Shown here piece after piece: positions 37,001 through 49,317 of a stretch of 64,000 nucleotides of DNA. Position numbers and translations under genes: made by a program. Source of the stretch: Dictyostelium discoideum (taxonomy: Eukaryota). The notes under the pieces were generated by a model. It did not search any database. It was not told the origin of the DNA and saw nothing but the letters and a program-made list of their open reading frames with translations. The stretch's first letter is position 1, and each line of letters opens with the position of its first letter. The stretch covers positions 352,001 to 416,000 of the forward strand of contig CM000153.2 in assembly GCA_000004695.1 (NCBI GenBank). Direction: 5' to 3'.

Positions 37001-40000
37001 GGTATCAATTGAATTTAAATAAAACACTCTACCAATGTCAACTTTAATTGGTATCAATTGATCCTCAATCAATGACCACATTTGATAAATACCTGGTTCA
37101 CCGCCATAAATTGGTTCAATCGATATAATATTCCAATATCCTTTTTTAATTATATCTGATTGACTCTTAAAGAATGACGATGATGAACTTTCTCTATTTG
37201 TTAATTTTGAACCAATTCTAAAACTATCACTATCAAATAATGATCCACCTAATCTTTGTCTTCTCTTTTTTAATAAACGTTGAATTTTCCATTTCTTTTT
37301 TGATATTGATAACCAACCTTGGAAATCTTTATCAATAGATGGTGTTTTAGTTTCCATAATTTGTTTTTCTTGTTCATTTGTAAATGTTTCAATTGATGAT
37401 TTTGATTTTTTAATTAAAAGACTTGAAACATCACTTGATGATTGTTTACTTCTTTTAAATTTAGTAACTTTTGGATTAAATGCTGGTAAATCTTTAAATC
37501 TTGATGAAAACATATTTTCAATATCATCAGTTTGTTGTGGTTTCGAATTATCATTATCATTATCGTTATCATTATCATTATCATTATCATTGTCTTGATC
37601 ATTATCTTCAGTTTTTTCAAAAAATGAAGTAATTGAAGTTTGTTGACGACCATCTTCATTTCTTCTAATTTCTTTTAAAATCCAATCTGGATGAATAACA
37701 CGTGGTACTGGATTTGTAACATTTTGAAGTGCAGCAGGAATTGTAATAATTTTTTGAATTACACCAGATAAACGTTGACGATAATAATCCCAATCGATTA
37801 ATTCACGAATATCTAAATCACCACTTGGAGATTTTGTCCATCTTCTAAGATAATGACAACGAGTTTCAAAATCTGCATCAAAAATTGCAACTGGTAAAGC
37901 ACGTTCAGTAATTGGTGAACCGGCTGGTTTATTGGAGATAATGTATTGACATGATAAACCTTTATCCTTGATCATATCGTCACCTAAAAACTCTGCTAAC
38001 TTTTTGGCAGTACTAATAGCTGAACTCTTTTGTGTACCATATTCTTCTAATTTTCTACTCATATTACTACTTTCGGTAATTAGTTCTATTAGATCCTTTT
38101 CTTCATAGTTTTCAGCATGACTATCTAGAATGTCTAACCAACGATTTGCAACGGCACCAACCGACTGATAACAGCCTTCCAAACTATCACCACCTAAAAA
38201 TTCTTTAAACACTTCAGATTGGAAAAGTTTAATCAATTTCAATTCACCACGTCTTTTAATTTCGAAACCTTTTAATTCACAAATACGACCTTCACGATTG
38301 AATACAGCGTAACGTTTCTTTAATTTCACATCTTTCTCTTTACTAGTTGGAATTAACATACAACGATAAGGACCATCACATTCGAATAGAATGGAACATT
38401 CGTCACGAATTGTATAAGTGTTGGTTTCAGCATTGTAATCTTGGTATTGATGATTTGTGAAACTTTTTGCAACTTTTTCATTCAACATTTCGCAAATGTA
38501 AGAAAAAGTAACTTTTTTACCAGTACTGGCTGATTTTAATGTGTAATTCTCTGGGAAATGTGATGGAAGTATACACCAAATACCATCGGTATCAATCTCT
38601 AATGGTCTACCCATTTGCTCTACCACTTCTCTTGCTTCTTTAATGATGTTTGAACCTGTATGTGTTACAATACCTGCCATTTGCATAGAATACCAACGAG
38701 CACCTTTTCTCATTACATAACCATAGAAAGAGTTTAGAATACACTTGTGAGCTAATTGAAGACTTTCATAGAGTACAACCATACCTTGTGCAGCTACCAC
38801 AGCAACACTATTGGTACCACCAGATTCTTGCATTGCTTGATCATACTTTATCTTCCAATCACGATGATGATTCTTGAAAACATAACGACGATCACGGAAT
38901 AGACGTACAGTATCGACGTAGAATGAATTTTCACGCATACAAATAGTGTCGGAACGAATTTCTTGTGTGATTTGATGGGTTTTTCTATAGACTTTTCTAG
39001 AGTACTCTTTTAAACGTTTTCTTAATAATTCATTACGTTTCTCTTCACTTAGTGATAAGAATGATTTTCTTTCATCTCCATCACCAAATTTCTCAGATTC
39101 CAATTGTTGTAGAATTAAACGATACTCTGACTGATTCGATGGTGAATAGTCACCCCTCCATTGCCAGTCGAGAGTACGTTGACATTGAGACTCTGGTTTA
39201 TTGTAGACACAAGTGGCACAAACCTCGTCATTGACCACTGCAGTTGGTTGAAGTTTATTGGTGAGAATAATATTGGGATACATAGCAGACACATCAAGAT
39301 GGTAAATTAATGGATGTGATTGTTGTTTTGGATTCTCTTTTAACAATGTGAATTTCTTTAATACGTCTTCTTTCACTTCTTGATAATTACTAACGGTATC
39401 TAATGGAATGCCGCCCTCCTTCAATGCAAACTTCAAAACTTGATCAATGTTACCCATATGCTTTTCAATTGAAGCAGGGTCTAATGAGAAATTAGTTGGA
39501 ATATCTGATCTGAATACACCAGACTCTAAACACTCTACATGACCACCCACATAAGTCTCGCTCTCTAATAAATGACCCTTATACATACTATTAATATCAT
39601 CCTTATGTTTATTTGGAAATATTACATCAGCTTTAAAAGCTTGAGTCATTAACAAGGCTTCACATAATGTACCTGAACCTTTTCTAAGCACATCGTCTGG
39701 ATTCATTGGAATAATTGTACAAAGTGAGAAAATGAATGGATGAACATAATTCATATAGAGATAATAAGTTGCAACTGCATCGGAAACTGAGTAATTTGCT
39801 AAAGTTTCAGGATCCTCTTGAGCAGATTTTAACATTAACTCTGGATCCAACTCTAATGGATCGTATCTTAACTTTTCTCTTGTGACCGCTTTCAAACCGT
39901 GACTGCCATGTGGAAGATAACTGTCTCTCTTCACCCAGCAAAATGCATCCATATGAGGGTTGATCTTACTTCTATACTCGCCATTATCATTTCTAAATCC

Positions 40001-41596
40001 AATCTGATGAAACATACTCAAACCATGATACTCTGCTCTACTTTCAACAAAAGGCCAATCAAACATATCACCATTGTACGATACGAATATATGGGGTTTC
40101 TCTCTTTTAATTTCACTGAAAAACCTCTCCAATACTGATTTCTCATCGGGTTCATTAAAAACGGTGAATGGGCCATAATATTCAGGCTTTGGAGTATATT
40201 CGAAATCTTTGATATCCTCAGACACGATTTCACGATTTACAATTAAATAACCTTGTTTATCCAACATATAAGAGATCATCATAATTGAATCAATTGAAGA
40301 ATCTGGAAATTTCAAAGGTAGCTTAGTAGTTTCAATATCATATGCCAACACTTTTGGATCAGGTCTATCAACACGAGTCGTTAATTCATTCACTGTTGTC
40401 AATCTACCATTCTTTATAACTGTATACCATAACCCAACACGAATATTTAAATCAATTGCTGCTCTAACATAATATGGTACATCATATTCTCTAATATCTA
40501 ATATATATTCAGTTGCTTGTTTATTTAATTTACTATTATTATTATTATTATCATCTTTATTTAATTCTTTATTAAAATTATTATTATTTTGATTATTATT
40601 ATTATTATAATTTTGATGATTATTATTATTATTATTTCCTTTATTATAATATGAATTTAAAATTTTATTTAATGATTCATCTTCATATGCTTCACTTGTA
40701 TTTGATTTTTGTTTATTTCTTTTAATGATTGGGAATAAATCATTACGAACTGATAAAAGTGTTGAAACGTTATGAAAACGAATTTTTAAATATTTTCTTT
40801 TTAAACCTGATAAATGATTCTCTAAATCTAAATCCTCTTTATCCATAATATCAATACCTGCTATATCTTTTTCATAGGTACTCTTTAAATATGATTCTAC
40901 TTCTGATTGATGACCTTCCTTTACATAAATATAAAAATATGGATTATAAGGTATCCATACTCTAAATGATGTTGCATCATCTTGAATAAAAAATAATTCT
41001 AATGAAGCTTTTTCAATATCAAGTCCATCTTTTGATGATCCCTGGGGAGGGGGTTTATAAATAAAAAATAAAAAATAAAAAATAACAAATAATAAAAAAT
41101 AAAAAAATTTATTATTTTGGGGGTGGTAATAATTTGAAAAAATTATTAATTTGGTAATTTAAAAATAGAAATGAAAAAATAAAAATAAAAATAAATATAA
41201 TTATTAGTATAAAAAAGGAAAATTTATTTATATCATAATTAAAAATAGAAAAAAGTAAATTACTATTATTATAATTTTAAGATTTTATTTAGATAGTAGT
41301 TATAATAATAATAATGTGGTGGTGGTTGTGGTGGGTAGTGTGTTTATGTGTGATTTTTATATAAAAATAAATAATTTATAGCAATTGCTATTTATGAATG
41401 TTTATTTGATATTAATCGTTTATCGTTGTTTTTTTTATTTTTGAAAAAAAAAAAAAAAAAAAAAAAAAAAGGTACTACTTACAGGTTGCATATTTAATAA
41501 CCAACCCTCCTTTTCATAATTTTTGAAACCAACATATTTATCGTTTTCATCTTTTTCATCTTTATTTTTTTTATTTTCATTCCATTTTTGAGACAT
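34094..41596 (-). CDS. DNA polymerase epsilon catalytic subunit A. Exons are 41483..41596 and 34094..41043; the intron is 41044..41482.
   Basis: Exon 1 MSQKWNENKK...EGWLLNMQP has donor |GTAAGT, and the acceptor CCCCAG|GGA leads into GSSKDGLDIEKASLELFFIQDD...EDLDLENHLSGLKRKYL. Exonuclease motifs DIETTKLPLKFPD and YNGDMFDWPFVE are present, along with family-B polymerase motifs (YHLDVSAMYPNII, LDTDGIW) and C-terminal CysX2Cys zinc modules. Confidence 0.95.
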
Positions 41597-42506
41597 GGTT
41601 TGATTATTATTATTATTATTTTATTATTTGCGTGTGTTTTTACACACCTTTGCTATTATTACTTAAAATGATAACAATTGATGTGAATTATAACACTTTT
41701 TTCATATAAAAAAAAAGTAATTTTTTTAATGAAAGAAAAAAAAAAAAAAAAAAAAAAAATAAAAAATAATTTTACAAAAAAAAAAAAAAATAAAAAAAAA
41801 AAACCCGCCAAAAATTTATGGAGGGAAATTGGATGAAAAATAATTTTGTTTCTGAAAATAAAAAAAAAAAAAAGAAATCTTGGATATTTTAAATACACCA
41901 AACACATATAATTTATATTAATATAATAATAATTTTTGGTTATACTAAAAAATAATGATTAATATAATTTCCCCCCTTTTCCCCCCACCACCTAATAATA
42001 TTATTGCTTTTATTTTTATATGATGTTTTAAAAAATCAATACTTACACATATCTAAGTACACCATTTCTTTATCCATAAAACACTAATAATTAATTAATA
42101 GTTACATATATGTAAATGCATAATTCATTATTACTATTTTTATATCAATCACCCCTCCACACATTTTTTATTAAAAAAAAAATAAAAATGAAATAAAAAA
42201 AAAAAAAAAAAAAAAAAAACTCTAGGAACCACATGGTGAAAAAGGGAAAGATCATCTTATATCTTTAAAAGTAAAAAAAACATGTGTTTTTTTTATTATT
42301 TCAAAACTTATTTTTTAAAATTTTTTTCATTTTATTTTATATTATTTTATATTATTTTTTATTATTTTTTAAAATTATTTGATTTTTTTATTTGTTTTTA
42401 CTATTTAAACTTTTATTTTTTTTTTTTTTTCATTTTCTTTTTCAAAGTTTTGAAATAATTTATACATTTACATACATAAATACACCAATTAAAATGATTT
42501 AGAAAG

Positions 42507-42546
<40 letters not shown>

Positions 42547-42761
42547 AAAAAGAAAAATTAATAAAACAAAAAAAAAAAAAAAAAATAAAGCTTACTATTA
42601 TTTATTATATTTATATATACATATAATATATATATATATACGATTAGTATTAATACAACCCATAAGAAATAAAAAATAAAAAAAAATAAAAAATTTAATA
42701 AATAAAAAAAAAAAAAAATAATTAAATAAAATAATAATAATAATAATAAAAATATAAAAAG

Positions 42762-44456
42762 ATGATAAAAAATAATAGTAATGAAAATATATTAGTTATA
42801 AATTCAAATGATAATATTGAATTAGAATTAGAAAGTGATTTATTATTATATGATAATAATAAAAAGGAAATGTTTATAAAGAAAGAGAAAAAGATAAAGA
42901 CAATAAATATATCAATAGTATTTGCAATATTATTTTTTGGTGAAGTTGCAAGAGGTATAATTATTCCAACAATAAATTACTATTCAATATTGGTAGGTGG
43001 TACAGCGACGACATTGGGAATGGTGATATCGGCATTTAGTGCCGGTAGATTTTTAGCAACGATAGTACTTGGTTATTTCTCGAAATTCGATACCTATAAA
43101 AACATATTCAACATATCAATGGTACTTTGTATTATCGGTTCACTTTGGTATAGTTTCAGTTACATAGACCAAGGTAATCCGTTCATTGGTCAATCGTCAT
43201 TGGTAATTTCAAGATTCGTTTTGGGATTTGGTGCTGGTACATTGAGTACTGCACGTTCATTCCTCGCTGATATAACCATTCCATCAGAGCGTACCACTTG
43301 GATTGCACTATCATCAGCACTCCAATTCCTTGGATTTGCAGTTTCACCAATCATAGGTTCACTCCTATCCTATATACCACCCTTCTCAATTGATGAAGTT
43401 ATTAAAATAGATTCTATAACTTTACCTGGTTGGTTTTTAACATTCCAAAATTTCATACTTTTATTAATGATCATTTTCTATTTTCAAAATCCAACTTTAA
43501 ATCAATTAGCATCAAATAATAATAATATGATTAATTCATCATCAGATTTAAATTTAAATAAAAAAAATAATAAAAGTGGTAGTAATAATAATAGTGATAA
43601 TGAACAAGATGATTTTGAAATCGAAAGTTCATCATTAAAAAGTAGTGGTGGTGATGGTGATGGTGGTGATGGTGGTGGTGGTGGTGATAGTAGTACTACA
43701 CAATTATTATTAAATCAACAATCATCAAATAATTCAAAACAACAACAACAACAACAACAAAATCAATCAATTTATAGAATATTATATAATAATAAAAGAA
43801 TTTTTATAAATTTAATTATATTTATAATTTTAAATTTCTTTATTAGAGCAATACTTGGTATTTATGAAACATTAGGTTCAACATTCTATAGTAAATTAGA
43901 TACTAGTATTAATAGTAGTACAAATTCTGGTTACTTTTTTGGTAGTATGGGATTCTTGGGTATTGTATTATTGCTTGTTATAAGTTGGCTTTGCAAAAAG
44001 GAATTGCTACATGACTATTGGATATTATGCTTTGGTAATTTAATAATCACGATTGGCTGTTTCGCAACTATGGTTCATCAATTAAGTTGGACTCGATTTG
44101 TATTTGGTTATATTTGCATTTGGGGCATTGGTTTCACTTTGGCTCAAACCGTCGTAGTTTCAATGTTTTCAAAAATTCTCTCAAACACAATTGGTAACGC
44201 ATCTCAAGGTACTTTAATTGGTATCATCACTGCAAGTGGTTCATTGGGTCGTGTAATTGGTCCATTATTCTCGGGTTTACTCTATAATGAAAATGACCTC
44301 TTACCATTATTCTCTTTTGCTTTTGCTTTATCTTTAATCATATTATTCTCTTCAATTTTAATGATTCCAAAAGATATTTTAAAAATTAAATATTTAAATC
44401 ATAATGATAATAATAATAATGAATATAATGAAGAAAATTATAATTTAATAAAATAA
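42762..44456 (+). CDS. Major facilitator superfamily (MFS) transporter
   Basis: There are about 12 hydrophobic helices. The loops GFGAGTLSTARSFLADITIPSERTTW and GSLGRVIGPLFSGLLY are MFS-like. A central low-complexity loop carries poly-G/D and poly-Q. Confidence 0.7.
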   Translation: MIKNNSNENILVINSNDNIELELESDLLLYDNNKKEMFIKKEKKIKTINISIVFAILFFGEVARGIIIPTINYYSILVGGTATTLGMVISAFSAGRFLATIVLGYFSKFDTYKNIFNISMVLCIIGSLWYSFSYIDQGNPFIGQSSLVISRFVLGFGAGTLSTARSFLADITIPSERTTWIALSSALQFLGFAVSPIIGSLLSYIPPFSIDEVIKIDSITLPGWFLTFQNFILLLMIIFYFQNPTLNQLASNNNNMINSSSDLNLNKKNNKSGSNNNSDNEQDDFEIESSSLKSSGGDGDGGDGGGGGDSSTTQLLLNQQSSNNSKQQQQQQQNQSIYRILYNNKRIFINLIIFIILNFFIRAILGIYETLGSTFYSKLDTSINSSTNSGYFFGSMGFLGIVLLLVISWLCKKELLHDYWILCFGNLIITIGCFATMVHQLSWTRFVFGYICIWGIGFTLAQTVVVSMFSKILSNTIGNASQGTLIGIITASGSLGRVIGPLFSGLLYNENDLLPLFSFAFALSLIILFSSILMIPKDILKIKYLNHNDNNNNEYNEENYNLIK

Positions 44457-44518
44457 ATAAATAATTTTTTTTTTTAAAATTTACAAATTTATTATATCAT
44501 TAAATATTATTATTATTA

Positions 44519-45346
44519 TTACTTTTTGAAATTTCTAATCATTGTATAAAAGTGTGGTGCATCTTGTGTATTTGAATGTTGTTGATAAAATTTTGAAGTT
44601 TTAAAATTATGAGTTTTAAAGAATTGAGTGAATTCTAAATCACATTCAGTATAGATTGAAGCATTTTGACTATCAGCTAAATTTAAGACATGTTGAATTA
44701 AATCACTACCTCTTTTACTACGTCTATAGGAATGTTCAATTGCAATACAATTTAAATACCAATGTTTGTTTGGATGATTTTTCATCTCAGCTTGATGTAT
44801 ACGTTCTGCGAAATCTGATGATTTTAAAATTCTTGATAAAACTGATACACCCAATTTAATTGGTGCCATATACATACCAACTTTAAACATCTCTGCAATG
44901 CTAACACCATTTACATCATGTGGTGGTTGTGCTATCATTATACCACTAATTGTTTGTTTATTATTATTATTATTATTACTATTATTACTATTATTATTAC
45001 TATTATTATTAAGTTCAAAACATCCCCAAACTCTTGCTTTTTTTAAAGCATAGGTTAACATTTTATTACAAAACCAAGTTCCACCACTGATACGATATTC
45101 TGGTGAATTGTTGAAAAAGAAATTCATAAATATATCCTCACGTGTTGATTTCTCTAATAGTATTGCTGCTTCTTGAATATCATCTTGACAAAGTTCTCTT
45201 ATTATATATGGTTTATTTTTTGGTGTTTCTTTTATAGCTTTTTCTCCATTATTATTATTATTATTTATATCTCTAAAGTTTTCAATGTTTTGAATATTTG
45301 ATGACGATGATTCATCTGGTTGTTGATGATGTAATTGTTTATCTTT

Positions 45347-45384
<38 letters not shown>

Positions 45385-45589
45385 CCATATGTTTTATAAT
45401 ATCCCTTAAAGAATAATTTGGAGTAAGATCATTGGTTGTTATTTTAATATTACAAATTGGACATGTTTCTTTTTTTTGTAACCAAACTATAATTGAATCA
45501 TTAGAGAATGAATGACCACATAATTTAGAAATTACTGGATCACTCATTATTTCCATTGTTATGGGATCTAATAAAATATCATTATCCAT
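44519..45589 (-). CDS. U-box domain protein with a C-terminal GNAT-like acetyltransferase-fold domain
   Basis: The N-terminus LLDPITMEIMSDPVISKLCGHSFSNDSIIVWLQKKETCPICNIKITTNDLTPNYSLRDII fits the U-box consensus. The C-terminus ...WYLNCIAIEHSYRRSKRGSDLIQHVLNLADSQNASIYTECDLEFTQFFKTHNFK resembles GNAT motif A/B. Confidence 0.6.
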
Positions 45590-45871
45590 TTTTTTTTATA
45601 TTTCTAGATATGTTTGTAGAAAAAATAAAAAAATAAAAACAAAAAAAAAAAAAAAAAAAAACAAAAGGTGAAAAAATAAAAAAATAAAAAAAAAAAAAAA
45701 ATAAAAAAATAAATTCCCTAACCCCTAAAGTGTTGTCTCTCTAAAAATGGTTGATGTATGATATTCAGTGAAACCCACCCTTATATAATTACAAAATAAT
45801 ATATTTAAATGAATAAAATAATGTTTATTTTATTTTTTATAATTATGGCTTTTTTAAATGAAATTTTTTTT

Positions 45872-45909
<38 letters not shown>

Positions 45910-46027
45910 CGAAATTGGTTTGTTTTAATTTAAAGGGTCTATATTTATTTTTGTTGATTTAATTTAAATAAATATTTATTTGCTTATATTATTTTTTTTT
46001 AATTTTATCATATTTTCCAAAAACAAA

Positions 46028-46077
<50 letters not shown>

Positions 46078-46212
46078 CTCGATATTAAATTTTTTTTTTT
46101 TTTATTTTTTTTTTTTTGTTGATTAAATTTTTTTTTTTTTTTTTTTTAATTTTATTTTATTAATTTTATTTTTTTTAAAACCAAATTAGAGTTGAAGGAT
46201 TAACCAATATTT

Positions 46213-46570
46213 TTGGATATTGATAGAAAAGAGCTTTCCATGGAAAGTAAAAAAAATAAAAATAGTAAAAAAAAAATAAATAAAAATAAAATTAATAAAA
46301 ATAACAATAAAAATAAACAACATGACAGATTATTAGGTGGTACTTCTATCACATGTGTTGATCAACTACAACAACAACAACAAAAAAAACAACAGCAACA
46401 ACAACAACAACAAAATATAACTTTAAATTTTGAAATTTTACCAAAGAAATCGTTAGAGAGTTCAAAAATATTTAGAAATTCAAGAGTAATTTACACTACA
46501 TATGGAAATGTGAGTTTAGTTAGTGCTAATCAAACTGGTTTTTTCCCTAATAATAATAATAATAATAATA

Positions 46571-46654
<84 letters not shown>

Positions 46655-46960
46655 GTAATAATAATGAATATAGTCTTTGTGTAAATAAAACTAAAAGTCT
46701 TGGGGATAAAATTGGACAACTGAATGAAAAAATAGAACAACAAGAGAGATTACTTGAAACAACTAAAATAAATGATAGTCCAACTGACAGTAAAAACAAT
46801 AGTAGCAATAACATTAACTGTAGCAGTAGCAGTAGCAGTAGCAGTAGCAGTAGCAGTAGCAGTAGCAGTAGCAGTAGCAGTAGCAGTAGCAGTAGCAGTA
46901 GCAGTAGCAGTAGCAGTAGCAGTAGCAGTAGCAGTAGTGGTGGCAGTTACAGTAATATTA

Positions 46961-46991
<31 letters not shown>

Positions 46992-47035
46992 TAGTAATAA
47001 TAATGCTAATAGTAATAATAATAATAATAATGATG

Positions 47036-47089
<54 letters not shown>

Positions 47090-47952
47090 GTAATAATAAT
47101 AAATGCCTTAACAAACCTGTTTTTTTGTGTTGTAAAATAAAAATCTGTCTTGATTGTGCATTAGAATCTCATCCAAAACACAAATATGCTTTAATCGAAA
47201 ATAATCATAGTAATAATAAAAGTGTACTTGACAATAATGATAATAAAAAAACTGTTATTGATTTAAATCAACAAAAGGAACTACCAACTGAAGATAATAT
47301 TTTAAAACCTCAAGCACTTCCAAAAGATGAAATTAATGATATTGCAGAGAAAACAAAGGATTTGAAATCAGTAAGGTGTAGTTTTCATAACAAAAATATA
47401 AACTCTCTATGTATATCTTGTGAGTTGGTTCCATTATGCGAGGAGTGCAAGACTAATCACAGAGGACACGAATTAGATAACTTGGATGAAAAAGTTGGTG
47501 GTTTTTTCAAGAGTTTAGACTTAAAACGACTTTACACAGATCTAAATAATGAAGAAAACTCTAAACATATAAATAAATATGCAGATGGGAATTTTTCTAA
47601 AGACTTCAACGAAATTTCTCAAGAATTTGAAAAGAAATTTAAAAAAGAAGTAATTTCTGTTCAAGAACAATTCAATAAACGAGATTCGGATTTCATAAGA
47701 AAAAAAACCAAACTTGAAGAAAAAAACAAATGTTTAATAGAAATGGGGGAACGTGTTTTAGAAAATGGTCATTTATATAATCCAAACTCTTTGAACGAAT
47801 CAGTTCACTATTATCAAAGGTTAATAGAATTGGTCCTAATTTCAAAAGAATTAGGGTTTAAACCAATAGATTTCCGTTCCTTGTTTCCTACAATTAGTAA
47901 ATTTTTATCGGAAATTAAAACCCTCGAAACTGATATCAATAATTTTTTATAA
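46213..47952 (+). CDS. B-box zinc-finger protein with poly-N and poly-S tracts (family member 1)
   Basis: B-box-like Cys/His clusters are CLNKPVFLCCKIKICLDCALESHPKH and CSFHNKNINSLCISCELVPLCEECKTNHRGHELD. The C-terminal region LIEMGERVLENGHLYNPNSLNESVHYYQRLIELV is shared with the 55180 gene. Confidence 0.7.
46830..46936 (+). repeat. (AGCAGT)n hexanucleotide repeat encoding a run of about 36 serines in B-box gene 1
   Basis: Direct reading. It lies inside the ORF and in frame. Confidence 0.9.
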
Positions 47953-48626
47953 ACAATTAGTATCATAAAACCATTTTATTATTTTTTTTTTGGTTTATTT
48001 TAATTTTAACCTGGAAATAATAAAAATAAAAAACCCAAAACATTTGAATCTGACAAAATTTTTTTTTTTTTTGGATTTTTTAAAATTTAGTCAAAAAAAA
48101 AAAAAAAAACAGAATGATTACCTTTTTTTTTTTTTTTTTTCTTTTATATCATTTTGTGTATTTTTGAGTGCTCTATTTATCTATACAAAACTCATATTAA
48201 AAATAAATAAAATTAAATTGTTGTTAAACACAACAAATTCAAAATGTGGGACTTTGTTAAAAGTGAGAATTTTTATATGGCCAAATTAAAAAAATTTGCT
48301 TTTATGCCTATGTTTTATACAAATAAAACCAGATTTTACAAAAATAAAATTAAAAAATAAATATTTAACAGTGTTTCTGAATTGTGGTATTTTGTTAAAA
48401 TAAAATAATAAAAAAATTAATCCAAACCAGCAAAATTGCAATTTTATTTTTTTTTTTTTTTTAAACAAAATGCCAATTTTTAACCGCTATTAGTGAATGG
48501 CCACAATTTTAATATAAATGTTTTTACCATCACGATATTATTTTAAAAAATTTCACTTTTTTTTTTTTCAAATTTTCTTTTTTTTTTTTTAAATTTTTTT
48601 TATTTTTTATTTTTTATTTTTTTTTT

Positions 48627-49257
48627 TTGTTTATTTACCAAAAAATGATAAACTCAGAAAAACAATGTATACATCACAATAGAGATTTGGTAGTATTTTG
48701 TTTAAGTTGTTGTTATCCATGTTGTGTTGAATGCATGGCAAGTGAAAAACATCACTACCACGATTTTAAAAAAATAGAAGATGATAACTTTGATGTTTAC
48801 GATAATAAAAAAATTATCTCAATTCTAGAAAAATCAAAAGAAATTTTTGAAAATAAAAAAGCAAGTTACTATATAGATATCAAATCAGTTCATGATGGGT
48901 TTATTTTGATTCAAGAGCAATTAGAATTATTTAAAGATGGCATTTTAGAAAAACTGTTTAATTCTTTCAAGGAAAATTTGGTCATTAATGCAAAGATTGA
49001 AACTTTGGCTGGTGATATTTTAGTCACTGATAAAAATAGTGTATTTAAAATGATCGATCAATATAAAGAAAATAATATGGTAGGTTTGGTTCATACTTTG
49101 GTAGATAATATAAAAAACAATATAAACAATTGTTTTCAACAATTTAATGGAAACTATACAATTAATAAAAATAAAGATGCTGATAAAATTTCTGATTTTG
49201 AAAAAGGAACTATAGATCATATAAATAACAATCAAAATAATACCATCGTAAATAATA

Positions 49258-49317
<60 letters not shown>

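Noticed and set aside
46516-47140. Poly-I, poly-L and poly-VA ORFs overlapping B-box gene 1
   Set aside because: They are reading-frame artefacts of the (AAT)n and (AGCAGT)n repeats inside the real gene.
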